The notes under the pieces: model-generated
What the model saw: the letters and a program-made list of their open reading frames with translations, nothing else
Told to the model about the DNA's origin: nothing
Database searches by the model: none
Made by a program: the position numbers and the translations under genes
Shown here: positions 46,485 through 54,867 of the stretch, piece after piece
How positions within the stretch are numbered: position 1 is the first letter of the stretch
How the letters are laid out: every line of letters begins with the position of its first letter
DNA from: a virus
Virus record (IMG/VR): IMGVR_UViG_3300024339_000005
Length of the DNA stretch: 64,000 bases
Reading direction: 5' to 3' (one strand)

Positions 46485-47134
46485 CGGCCAACTCCATTAG
46501 GTCTATATCCAACTTCGCCTGGGTGCATAGAGGCTTGCAACATCTTGTTGATAAAAAATGCGCTCCTCGGTCCTACATCACGGGCTTTGCCATTTGGCTT
46601 CAATGTGAATCTGAACATGTGTAATTCCTCACGGTTCCTCTGTAATATGAAGCCCGCGATTCTGTGGACTTTGTATGGGTTTATCTGGATAAGTTCCACA
46701 GTACCAGTCACTGGTTCAGGGCCGCGTTTGGTATACATATGGACGTTGACCACATATTCGCCAGCCGTTGGCACCCTCACAGTAATGACCTCACGATTGA
46801 TTCGGGCTATCACTTCGTTGCCTGCACCGTCCACCGATTTATCGTTATGAACGCCGAGGTCGTCGCGCTCAAGGTATAGAGAACCGTTTTGGGTGTTTTT
46901 GAATCCGACAGGTTGCCCCGCTGGTGTCTGCACCCACATATCAACGTCATCAGCCACATTGGCATCCCAGTCAAGGACAATGATGTAATCGGCCTTCTTC
47001 TTAACGTCTTGCTTCTTCGTGGGTGGATTGATAAGGATCGCAGTCAGAATAAACAGAGACACAAAGGTCAGAGCCGTCAGAAATAGAACGTCTATGAATG
47101 CGGTCTTGGTGACCGTCTTAACCGAAATATTCAT
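46481..47134 (-). CDS. ExbD/MotB-like single-TM protein with YfaP-like periplasmic domain
   Basis: TM AFIDVLFLTALTFVSLFIL with the conserved Asp; W.....DVDMWV..P.G..V.F......LERDD.G...NRE......GEY.VNVH.Y. Confidence 0.72.
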   Translation of the reverse strand: MNISVKTVTKTAFIDVLFLTALTFVSLFILTAILINPPTKKQDVKKKADYIIVLDWDANVADDVDMWVQTPAGQPVGFKNTQNGSLYLERDDLGVHNDKSVDGAGNEVIARINREVITVRVPTAGEYVVNVHMYTKRGPEPVTGTVELIQINPYKVHRIAGFILQRNREELHMFRFTLKPNGKARDVGPRSAFFINKMLQASMHPGEVGYRPNGVGR

Positions 47135-47606
47135 CGCTTGTTTCACCGTAGGCACCAATCGCCATTTCCATGTTCATTATCTGTAGGCTGACCAACACAC
47201 CACAGACATAGCCCATAAGGGTTGTGTATAGCGCAGTACCCAATCCAGCAGCCACCGATACCAGAGCTTCCTTAACGCTAGACGTATCAGAAACATCAAG
47301 CAACCCAAACGTCCCGCTGGTCGCAATAATAAAGCCGATGATAGTGCCGACGAGCCCTGCGGTCACCATGAACTCTGGAATGTACCAGAGATATTTGCTA
47401 TCTGACCAAACATCATTGAAGGCTACTCGGTACGTCTTCAATCCTAGGACCAAGGACGATAGAACAAAGACGCCGAAAATGCCTGTACTTATGAACGTCT
47501 GGTCATTGTCAATGAATAGGTGGTGAATGTCAAACATTGTCATTACAGCGACCAAAGAAATCATCACAGCCGCAAACAAGTACCATCGCATAAAGAATTT
47601 TTTCAT
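47118..47606 (-). CDS. MotA/TolQ/ExbB-family proton-channel protein
   Basis: GLVGTIIGFI...GLGTALYTTLMG signature helices. Confidence 0.82.
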   Translation of the reverse strand: MKKFFMRWYLFAAVMISLVAVMTMFDIHHLFIDNDQTFISTGIFGVFVLSSLVLGLKTYRVAFNDVWSDSKYLWYIPEFMVTAGLVGTIIGFIIATSGTFGLLDVSDTSSVKEALVSVAAGLGTALYTTLMGYVCGVLVSLQIMNMEMAIGAYGETSDEYFG

Positions 47607-48052
47607 CAGCCTTCTGCCCTTTGATCGGGTTTTTTCATTTTCAAATCAATATGCAATTGTTTGCCGATAAAAATATAGCAGGACATTTTATTGGTGTAGT
47701 GTTCGACAACGGTAAAATTTCTTGTCTTTGGATCAACATAAGTCACAATGACCACTTTGTCGTTATTCGCAACACCTATCTCAATAGAAATTTGTTTTGA
47801 GTGTTCGATGTTTGCCATAACATACTTGGTTTCATTGCAAATTACTGGCTTCGCCCGTTGGAATGCCTGACCAGTTTTTCGTGGTACAGGCTTTGGTCGT
47901 GGCTTTGCTTTCGCAACAACAGGAGGTTTCACGACCGCCTTCGCGACTTTCACCGCAGGTTTCACTACCTCACCGACGTGTTTTATCTCGACAGAGATAC
48001 AGCCACTAAGCAGCAAACCGGCTAATGTAATTAGGATTAAGGGTCTTTTCAT
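47606..48052 (-). CDS. Lipoprotein with Pro/Lys-rich linker
   Basis: Lipobox LLSGC; KPAVKVAKAVVKPPVVAKAKPRPKPVPRK; C-terminal two-Cys domain. Confidence 0.65.
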   Translation of the reverse strand: MKRPLILITLAGLLLSGCISVEIKHVGEVVKPAVKVAKAVVKPPVVAKAKPRPKPVPRKTGQAFQRAKPVICNETKYVMANIEHSKQISIEIGVANNDKVVIVTYVDPKTRNFTVVEHYTNKMSCYIFIGKQLHIDLKMKKPDQRAEG

Positions 48053-48710
48053 ACTCTTTCCTCAATTCGATATAATCCCCGATGTGGTCGTCGCGTTTCT
48101 CATGGTAGACCACACCTTCAGGTCTGTTTTCGACAGCCATAATAATGATTATATCATTGATAGGGGTGCCCGTAAGTTCCTCATACATCACGGCATAGAC
48201 CGCGCATTGCATGAAATAAGACTTGATGAATTCTTTCTTGCGGAATTTCCGCGAGTTTTTGAAATCAACAATAGCCAACTTTCCCTTATATTTAGCGATC
48301 ATATCACAGCGACCACCAGTTTCAAGGTAGTCAGAATACATCGCAACTTCTTGGTGTGCAATATCGGTGATAGTGCCGTCAAGGATAGGTTTGATAGACG
48401 AGAACATGGAGTCCACGCCAGGCATAATATTGGCGTCGTAGTTTTCATTGCCCAACAGATACTTTTCGATCATATCATGCAAGGCTGAACCACGCAAACG
48501 TCCAACTCGACTCACTCTGTCGGCTTCTTCATCACCAACGGCTTCACGCCATTTAGCCAGACCCTCGTTCTTTTCGTCATCCGACGCAAGGACGGTGGTA
48601 ACCGAAGGATAGTGGCGACCTTCGGGAGTTAGATAAAAGCGACGACCGCCCTTATAAATCTCCTTCATATCACCTATGAAATCAAATGTCTGTTTTGTTG
48701 CCAACATCAA
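48006..48710 (-). CDS. PD-(D/E)XK Cas4-like exonuclease
   Basis: R.Y.TP.G..YPSVTTVL, W...VG..EA, RG..LH...E.YL, G.CD.IA...G..AIVDFK.S, Y..Q...YA.M..E. Confidence 0.9.
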   Translation of the reverse strand: MMLATKQTFDFIGDMKEIYKGGRRFYLTPEGRHYPSVTTVLASDDEKNEGLAKWREAVGDEEADRVSRVGRLRGSALHDMIEKYLLGNENYDANIMPGVDSMFSSIKPILDGTITDIAHQEVAMYSDYLETGGRCDMIAKYKGKLAIVDFKNSRKFRKKEFIKSYFMQCAVYAVMYEELTGTPINDIIIIMAVENRPEGVVYHEKRDDHIGDYIELRKEYEKTLNPNYISRFAA

Positions 48711-48939
48711 TGGTACTCTTAGGGTGGTGTTCTTTCACCCGCTGTAAGGTTTCACGGAATTCGGGAGTATGCTTCAAACCTGAAACGCTCCTCATGTTGT
48801 CACCCAAAAATAATGGTGCTTGGGCGATAAAGGTTTCCCAGTTTGGGTGGGCTGATAGATGGGATTGTAGTTCGTCCCAGGTACAATACTCCTCCCATTC
48901 CTTTTTGGTCTTCTTATTTCTTATTGAATAAATCGGCAA
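48682..48939 (-). CDS. FmdB-like small protein (Cys-poor)
   Basis: MPIY...N..T....E...L..HP; F...L..VK..HP.S.I. Confidence 0.65.
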   Translation of the reverse strand: MPIYSIRNKKTKKEWEEYCTWDELQSHLSAHPNWETFIAQAPLFLGDNMRSVSGLKHTPEFRETLQRVKEHHPKSTIDVGNKTDI

Positions 48940-49129
48940 TGTATTGTCCTAATTCTGTAAGTTGTTTCACGGTGATATCAGCCCATTGAAAGACTGTATC
49001 AAAAAGTTCGGGTGGTGTAATACCCAATAAACAAATAGTGACTAGGCCTGATAATACAAAATTACCAAGCCCAGCCTTCCATATCACAAAGGCAGCCAGA
49101 CCTAAAACGATAAAAATTTCAGGTGTCAT
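48914..49129 (-). CDS. Small membrane protein
   Basis: Two hydrophobic segments. Confidence 0.5.
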   Translation of the reverse strand: MTPEIFIVLGLAAFVIWKAGLGNFVLSGLVTICLLGITPPELFDTVFQWADITVKQLTELGQYIADLFNKK

Positions 49130-49776
49130 TACTCGGTCGTCACTTTAGGAACGGGCAAGGCAGGCATAGTTGCGACGGGCACATTGGTTTCTTTTTCCAG
49201 TTCCTTATGGGCTGCAGCCGCACGACCCAGGCTTTCGGTATTCAAAACCTTAACCAGTTGGGCTAACGCGATCTCGTTGGTTCCGTTGATAGGAAACTCC
49301 AACAGCGCATAGGTACGATAGAGGTTGCCATGAGGAACCACTTTGGTTTCGTTTACATGATAACCACTGGCTTGGGCGTTGGCAATCAAGTTGGCTGTGA
49401 CACGCTCGACCTCAGATACGATATGTCCAGAAGCAGCCTGTCCAACCCTGGAAGTATATTCCTTGAGTTTAGAACTCATTTGACCACGGATACGATCCGC
49501 CAAGACTCGTTTAGCCGCTAGAACGGCCAAGTCAACCGACAACTGAAGGTCTTGAGAGGTAGCCGTGCCCGCAGAGAACACCGAGTCCTCTTTCGCAGGT
49601 GTGTCCAAAAACCAATCGGGAATAGAACTAACCGTTTCTTCTGTCACGGTTGACTTTTTCTCGAGGTAGGCTTTGGAGTGGGTAGTTTCTGCCTGAGGGT
49701 CAATATCAATGGTTTGTGAACAAGCACCCAAAAGGGCCAACATGCTAACGGTAGCGAGTAACTTTTTCATAATCAA
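49129..49776 (-). CDS. LPP20-like lipoprotein
   Basis: Lipobox LGAC; IPDWF...P, GTA.S.DLQLS.D.A.L.AK..LADRI.G. Confidence 0.75.
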   Translation of the reverse strand: MIMKKLLATVSMLALLGACSQTIDIDPQAETTHSKAYLEKKSTVTEETVSSIPDWFLDTPAKEDSVFSAGTATSQDLQLSVDLAVLAAKRVLADRIRGQMSSKLKEYTSRVGQAASGHIVSEVERVTANLIANAQASGYHVNETKVVPHGNLYRTYALLEFPINGTNEIALAQLVKVLNTESLGRAAAAHKELEKETNVPVATMPALPVPKVTTE

Positions 49777-50207
49777 TTTCCAATAAATTTGGGTTTAACC
49801 CAGGGCAATCCAAATCGAGCCGTATCAATGATCCGATTGTTTCCCTGCATTTTCATACCCGTTTTACAGACCTCTTTTTTCACCATACTTAACGTGTGCG
49901 AAGTCTGTTCAAGGATTTTCGTCTTGGCTTCAATAAGAGCCTGTTCACACGCCCATTTCTCTGTCTCGCTGGGTCTAAAGAAAAATGATGAAGTACCCGA
50001 TACCTCGGATGTACCAACCAACCCAACAACCTGTACGACGCATTTGCGCCCAGTCAAAAAAGGCACCGTCGTTGACGATACGCTTTTGATATAATCCAGC
50101 CTACCATGATAGACCTCTTTTGTCTGTCTATCAATATAGCATGGAGTCGTGGCGCTTGCGGCTGTTGAAAGCAGCATAAGAGCGCCGACGGTCAATGATG
50201 TTTTCAC
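49773..50207 (-). CDS. Secreted Cys-containing protein
   Basis: Signal peptide ASA, four Cys; next to the LPP20-like lipoprotein. Confidence 0.6.
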   Translation of the reverse strand: MKTSLTVGALMLLSTAASATTPCYIDRQTKEVYHGRLDYIKSVSSTTVPFLTGRKCVVQVVGLVGTSEVSGTSSFFFRPSETEKWACEQALIEAKTKILEQTSHTLSMVKKEVCKTGMKMQGNNRIIDTARFGLPWVKPKFIGN

Positions 50208-50446
50208 TGGTCTTCCATCGCTTTGATGAATGCGCTAATCATCCCAAACATTTTGGCAGTCTCGGCTTTCGCCACAGCGGGGTCTTTGACTTTCATAGGG
50301 ACACAGACAACATCAACGTCGGTAGACATTTGGTTGATAACTTTGATAGACTCAGTCCGGCAGGTTTTCCAGTCGTCATAAGGAACCCTGGTCAATTCAT
50401 TTCCAGATACAAGGCTGGTCACGATCAGTACAATTTTCAACATCAC
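50204..50446 (-). CDS. Small secreted protein
   Basis: Hydrophobic N-terminus, C...CVP. Confidence 0.5.
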   Translation of the reverse strand: MMLKIVLIVTSLVSGNELTRVPYDDWKTCRTESIKVINQMSTDVDVVCVPMKVKDPAVAKAETAKMFGMISAFIKAMEDQ

Positions 50447-50591
50447 AAAGGGTTATCCTTTTTCACCTCAAAATATTGTGGAACCGCTTGTAATGCGGCC
50501 AGCAACTGGCGATTTTGTAAAGACATATCTTCAACAACACGCCGGAGTTTATTGTTTGCCTTGTGGCGTAATTCTTCAACAATATCCATAA

Positions 50592-50750
50592 TCACATTCC
50601 GTAAGTCAGAGTTTCAAAAACTTCGTCGTAGGCTTCTTCGGCCTCAACATCCTCACAACCGGTAATTTCTATGGCATGAATAACAGCTTGGTTATGGTTC
50701 ATATCCATTTCGACCAGGGCTTCTAAAATTGCATTCCGAATTTCACACAT
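50592..50750 (-). CDS. Small acidic hypothetical protein
   Basis: SD GAGG; behind a degenerate promoter copy. Confidence 0.5.
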   Translation of the reverse strand: MCEIRNAILEALVEMDMNHNQAVIHAIEITGCEDVEAEEAYDEVFETLTYGM

Positions 50751-50777
50751 GATTTTCTCCTCAAAAGGTAAACAATC

Positions 50778-50815
50778 ACTATCTAGATCATGCACCATTT
50801 CGGGGTAAATGTCAA
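50778..50815 (-). promoter_or_regulatory. Repeated early promoter element, degenerate copy 3
   Basis: TTGACATTT-accccg-AAATGGTGCATGATCtAGATAGT. Confidence 0.7.
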
Positions 50816-51002
50816 CCCCTTTTATCAAAAAACTTCACCTTTTTACCAATTTTCTTCAATCATTCCCGCCGTGCACCAGTATTCAATGCGTTCATATGCG
50901 TCCTGTTTCGACTTGGCCCGGACCTCTCTTACGATTTTTCCGTCCTCATCTATGCATATTGCGTAATAACTTTCACCGATAAAACCCAATTGTCCTGTAC
51001 GT

Positions 51003-51266
51003 TCACCCATTTTCATTTTCCTTTTCTGGTACCCAATCGTACCGTTTTACATCAATCACACGTTGACCATCTTTTACCAACACAATTTTGCCGGAGTCTT
51101 CCAGTTTGTGCAACATCATATCAATAATTTCACCCACCACCATAAGGGGTGGTACGACTTCTCTGACAGCCCTCATGGTATCGGCTAATCCCGCTTTATA
51201 CGAAACAAACGCGCAAACACCAAGAGAGGCTAAAAGTACCCAATCGGGCACCATAATTCCGAACAT
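51003..51266 (-). CDS. Hypothetical membrane-anchored protein
   Basis: N-terminal TM. Confidence 0.5.
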   Translation of the reverse strand: MFGIMVPDWVLLASLGVCAFVSYKAGLADTMRAVREVVPPLMVVGEIIDMMLHKLEDSGKIVLVKDGQRVIDVKRYDWVPEKENENG

Positions 51267-51299
51267 ATTTCAGTTCCTTTCAGGGTTATTTAGTGTGAA

Positions 51300-51557
51300 C
51301 TAAATCCACTCGCTTTCCTTGATGATATAGTTTTCCTCGTTTACACCAGCCAGCTCTCGGTCAGCCGTCAGCGTGACAAACGAATCGAACAACAGGTTGA
51401 AATGATACAAGAGGTTGTTGTAGTCGCCAGTCTTCATTCGATTTATGATCTCGGTGACTTCTTCTTCGGTGTCTACCGAATCTCGTAGCCAATTCTGGGC
51501 AATCCCAAGCAAGACAAAAGCATTGCCTTTGGGACCACCGATATCAAGATATTTCAT
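51300..51557 (-). CDS. Conserved phage hypothetical protein
   Basis: LDI.GP.GNAF.LLG.A...I...M..GDY..LL..F motif. Confidence 0.7.
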   Translation of the reverse strand: MKYLDIGGPKGNAFVLLGIAQNWLRDSVDTEEEVTEIINRMKTGDYNNLLYHFNLLFDSFVTLTADRELAGVNEENYIIKESEWI

Positions 51558-51775
51558 TATCGAATTCCTTCTTGCCTTGAGAGGTCCAAACCTTGGGCCA
51601 ACATCAGTTTCAATTCAACCTGCTCGTCGGGAATATTCACTGTGGCTTCGCCACTTAGACCAACCCGAACAATAATTCTCGCCACTTCAACATGGTCTGT
51701 CGGCCAGAAATCTTCGCCGTCTTTGGTGACCATAACCAACACGCCTTTGGGCGTGGCTCCAATATGCGTTATCAT
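51557..51775 (-). CDS. Hypothetical protein
   Basis: Coupled ORF. Confidence 0.5.
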   Translation of the reverse strand: MITHIGATPKGVLVMVTKDGEDFWPTDHVEVARIIVRVGLSGEATVNIPDEQVELKLMLAQGLDLSRQEGIR

Positions 51776-52011
51776 AGAGTTTTTCCTACTCGTAAGAGTT
51801 TGCCGATTTTTTCATCTTCGTATTTGCCACGCAGGCACCAGTTACGGAATGCAGAGCATTCGTTACCATCGGCTTCGCAGACAGCCTCCAGGTCACAGCC
51901 CTCGCAGGGCAAGTCCATTTTGCTGGTTAGATCGGGCAATTCATACTGACTCGCAGTAGATTTGCCCCATGCGGCTTCGCTTTCCCACCCGCTTGAAAGT
52001 GTTTCAATCAT
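51772..52011 (-). CDS. Small Cys-rich protein
   Basis: PCEGC....VC.....EC..F..W; start moved to MIETL. Confidence 0.5.
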   Translation of the reverse strand: MIETLSSGWESEAAWGKSTASQYELPDLTSKMDLPCEGCDLEAVCEADGNECSAFRNWCLRGKYEDEKIGKLLRVGKTL

Positions 52012-52189
52012 TATACATTTCCTCCAGGTTTTCACAGGTGCCACAACGGTTGCCGTTGATATCATAAAGATAATCAGCGGGGATTCCGACTTCAACACTA
52101 TCGGCGAGATCGCGCAAGATACGGGCGACTTGTTTTTCGCCGTATCCTGCAAACGCATCATTATCGGTATTCAAGGTGATGGTAATCAT
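52004..52189 (-). CDS. Conserved phage hypothetical protein
   Basis: I.TDN.AF...VARIL..LA...L.D.NGN..G. Confidence 0.7.
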   Translation of the reverse strand: MITITLNTDNDAFAGYGEKQVARILRDLADSVEVGIPADYLYDINGNRCGTCENLEEMYND

Positions 52190-52384
52190 TTACTGAACCT
52201 CCACTTCCACAATTTCTATATCAAGGGCTGATTCGAGCCATGATTCATAGGCATGAACAAAACTTTCATCGTCCGAGTCGAGCATGTAATTATTGCGTTC
52301 GACAAGTGCATCCCTGGCTTTATCTAATGAATCGAAAAAACCATCCAAATCGCCACAGCCCTCATGTAAATACCAAATTTTCAT
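52190..52384 (-). CDS. Small acidic hypothetical protein
   Basis: MKIWYL...G.FDS..KA. Confidence 0.5.
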   Translation of the reverse strand: MKIWYLHEGCGDLDGFFDSLDKARDALVERNNYMLDSDDESFVHAYESWLESALDIEIVEVEVQ

Positions 52385-52385
52385 T

Positions 52386-52697
52386 TTACAGCCCCGCCCA
52401 ACGAACGGTGTAACCACCATCCAGAATGTTTCCACGGGCAAAGTTACGCGCAGGACCAGCCCAGCCAGCAGGCTTCAGGATATCGCCCTTACGAAACTTT
52501 TTGTCGTTATCAACAGCAACAACAAAACCCCAGACGCAATTGTTCTGGATGATTTTGGTATATTTGTTTCCTTCAACGACTTCAAGGCCGTTTTCGAAAC
52601 GCTCGATCATCGCTTCGTTGGGCGAATTTACAAGGCCGGACCAGCGTCTGTAATCAGCTTTCAGATTCTCAAGCAGAGTGGCTATTTCGGTATTCAT
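52386..52697 (-). CDS. Conserved T4-like phage hypothetical protein
   Basis: G.KY.KII....VWGFV.....KF..GDILK.AGW..PA.N.ARGNI. Confidence 0.75.
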   Translation of the reverse strand: MNTEIATLLENLKADYRRWSGLVNSPNEAMIERFENGLEVVEGNKYTKIIQNNCVWGFVVAVDNDKKFRKGDILKPAGWAGPARNFARGNILDGGYTVRWAGL

Positions 52698-52831
52698 TTC
52701 GCAGAAACTCCTTTGTTATAAGCAAGTTCTTTACTCATTGACTTTGCAGCAACTTGTTTCACGGAACCACCACCAGCGAGATATTCAGCGGTTTTGGCTT
52801 CAATCATTTCACGCATTTCTTGTTTAGTCAT
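52694..52831 (-). CDS. Small hypothetical protein
   Basis: YLAGGGSV.QV motif; first gene behind a promoter copy. Confidence 0.55.
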   Translation of the reverse strand: MTKQEMREMIEAKTAEYLAGGGSVKQVAAKSMSKELAYNKGVSAK

Positions 52832-52857
52832 TTTCAATTCTCTCTCTTTGTTTCTAA

Positions 52858-52902
52858 TTGATCTTACTATTTGATCATGCACTATTTCTGACCAAATGTC
52901 AA
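52858..52902 (-). promoter_or_regulatory. Repeated early promoter element, copy 4
   Basis: Same motif. Confidence 0.85.
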
Positions 52903-52907
52903 GCGTT

Positions 52908-52969
52908 TATTGCACTTTATTGAAATAAAGTTTGCATCTATTGCACTTTATTTCAATAAAGTTTGCATC
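52908..52969. repeat. 31-bp tandem duplication of a palindrome with inverted 2-bp core
   Basis: tattgcaCTTTATT-ga-AATAAAGtttgcatc, then tattgcaCTTTATT-tc-AATAAAGtttgcatc. Confidence 0.85.
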
Positions 52970-53277
52970 ATTTCAGGGGTAAAACCGGAAGCATTAAGCA
53001 ACCCGGCGAATTCTGCGTTTAATTTAGCGTTTGCAGCATTTTTTGCAGCACGGGCAGCAGCGCGACTTTCCGCAGTTTCAAGCGTAGTAACTTCGTTCAA
53101 GACAGCGGTAAAAGCATCTTTGACAGTCGCAGCAACAGCAACACCAGTTTTGCCCTGATATTTCGCAGTAGCACGAAAATTTCCGTCTTCAGTAGGACGA
53201 ATCCAACCGAGTGTGGCGCGACCAGTGGTAATTCTGAAACTGGTCTGGGTCTCTTTTTTCATGGTGAAAGTAGTCAT
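52948..53277 (-). CDS. Early hypothetical protein
   Basis: First gene behind a promoter copy; Ala-rich C-terminus. Confidence 0.6.
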   Translation of the reverse strand: MTTFTMKKETQTSFRITTGRATLGWIRPTEDGNFRATAKYQGKTGVAVAATVKDAFTAVLNEVTTLETAESRAAARAAKNAANAKLNAEFAGLLNASGFTPEMMQTLLK

Positions 53278-53296
53278 TTGTTTTCTCTCTTGGTTC

Positions 53297-53341
53297 TTGA
53301 TCTTACTATCTGATCATGCACTATATTTGACCAAATGTCAA
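53297..53341 (-). promoter_or_regulatory. Repeated early promoter element, copy 5
   Basis: Same motif. Confidence 0.85.
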
Positions 53342-53372
53342 GCGAAATCGACAAAAAAGGTGAGAAAAAAGC

Positions 53373-53411
53373 AAAAAAAATGCCCCAGAGTGGCCATTCC
53401 CCGGGGCATTT
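53373..53411 (-). terminator. Rho-independent terminator
   Basis: AAATGCCCC...GGGGCATTT followed by a U8 tract on the minus strand. Confidence 0.8.
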
Positions 53412-53616
53412 CTCTTATTCATAGTCTTACGTCTTATACATCTATATCTCATATATGGGGTCTTATCCCCCTGTGGGCAGAGATTCCAGAATTCAGCACG
53501 ACACACTCTCGGTCTTGGGCTGCCGGTGTTTCTGGGCAGCCTTCTATCGAAAGATTTATATATCGCTCCTTCTTTTCTCCTCACGGTACCAGTAACCGAT
53601 AGTCACATTCGACTAT
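53373..53616 (-). ncRNA. Candidate ~240-nt structured small RNA
   Basis: Bounded by promoter 53622-53650 and terminator 53373-53411; several hairpins; no convincing ORF. Confidence 0.5.
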
Positions 53617-53621
53617 TCTTG

Positions 53622-53650
53622 ATCCTAGCATAAAGCCAGGCGTTTGTCAA
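53622..53650 (-). promoter_or_regulatory. Sigma70-type promoter
   Basis: TTGACA-17 nt-TAGGAT, followed by CAAgAATAGT as in the repeated promoter. Confidence 0.65.
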
Positions 53651-54582
53651 TCATAAATTACGCATTGTTCGCAAATAGTTCCGGTCACATCTTTTTCAAT
53701 ATGCTTGGCCCGTAACTCCTGAAACTTTTCAGAATGCCATGCGTCCATGAATGAAGTTGTATTAAGGTCACCCATATCAAACCTAGAGTCGTGGTCGAAG
53801 CAACAGGCGCTTAGGCGACCATCAAAGGAAATGTGCCCCTCGGTGAAAATACTCCAACATGGGAGTGGGTCGCGTAGCGCGTCAAGCCGACCACGGTTTC
53901 CTTGAACGAAAGTCCAATCTTCATTTTCGACCAAAGCAGCCTGGTTGTATAAAGGCAGCGCATACATTTCATCAAGGTGTGGGCTCAAGTCAGCCAGGTA
54001 TTCCTCGATCTTGTCAGCTTGGTCGCCTGTGTATTCGATAAAGGAAGCAGAGAGGGTGCAGTTATAGCCACCTTCTTCACGGACCTTGTAAGCACCCTTG
54101 ACGTTCTCGGCAATGGTGTAAAACAGTTCACCCTTGACCCGTGCGATTTCCTTGAATTGCTCCTCGTCGGCATAGTTCAATGAGAACTTGAGGCTATCGA
54201 GTCCAGCCTCCATGCATTCTTTCACCTTCTCGGGTGTAGACAGAGAACCGTTGGTTGTCAAAAACACATACGGATAACCGCAGTCTTCTTTGGCATACCG
54301 AATGGCTTCAGGCAACCTTGGGTCTAAAAATGATTCACCCAAATAAAACATTCCAAGTTCCTCGACTCCAGCCTCACGCATTTCTTTTACCACTCTTTTG
54401 AAGAGGTCCCAATCCATTGCGCCTGTTTGTCGTAAACGATCATTATGGGCACAAAATCCGCATCGAAAATTACATTTTCCTGTCAGTTCAATTTTCACAC
54501 TTTCGGGTGTGGGTGGCTTGAGAGAAAAATGTTTTTCTTTCATCCCTGTTATGTTATCAATCCGGTCGGTAATCTTACCCAT
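53647..54582 (-). CDS. Radical SAM enzyme with SPASM/twitch domain
   Basis: CNFRCGFC; GE.FLDP; TTNGSL; PC...F....I..DG...ACC.D...C..C. Confidence 0.92.
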   Translation of the reverse strand: MGKITDRIDNITGMKEKHFSLKPPTPESVKIELTGKCNFRCGFCAHNDRLRQTGAMDWDLFKRVVKEMREAGVEELGMFYLGESFLDPRLPEAIRYAKEDCGYPYVFLTTNGSLSTPEKVKECMEAGLDSLKFSLNYADEEQFKEIARVKGELFYTIAENVKGAYKVREEGGYNCTLSASFIEYTGDQADKIEEYLADLSPHLDEMYALPLYNQAALVENEDWTFVQGNRGRLDALRDPLPCWSIFTEGHISFDGRLSACCFDHDSRFDMGDLNTTSFMDAWHSEKFQELRAKHIEKDVTGTICEQCVIYD

Positions 54583-54600
54583 TATCTATTTCCTTGTTGT

Positions 54601-54608
54601 TATAAATA
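54601..54608 (+). promoter_or_regulatory. Late promoter TATAAATA
   Basis: Exact motif upstream of the endonuclease relic; SD AGGAG at 54656-54660. Confidence 0.7.
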
Positions 54609-54670
54609 GTTGTAGTCGCGGAATTCGTAGTTCCCACCACATCTAATTCTCTCATAGGAGATATCAGCAA

Positions 54671-54867
54671 ATGATTCCATACACATATTTAGTTACTTCC
54701 AAAACGACTGGTCAAAAATACTATGGCGCCCGTTATGCGTCAAATGGTCAGCCGAGACAAAAGCGAAAATGAGTAAATCGGCAATGGGTAATAAATGGGG
54801 TGTTGGTTATAAACAGACAGACGAACACCGAGCAAAAATTACTGGTCGACCAAAATCACTCAGTTGA
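54671..54867 (+). pseudogene. Internally deleted GIY-YIG-like/NUMOD3 homing endonuclease
   Basis: MIPYTYLVTSKTTGQKYYGARYA is joined out of frame to SAETKAKMSKSAMGNK...QTDEHRAKI. Confidence 0.75.

Noticed and set aside
46481-47606. Zorya defence system
   Set aside because: The A subunit lacks the long cytoplasmic tail, the B subunit lacks an OmpA-like domain, and there are no zorC/D/E genes.
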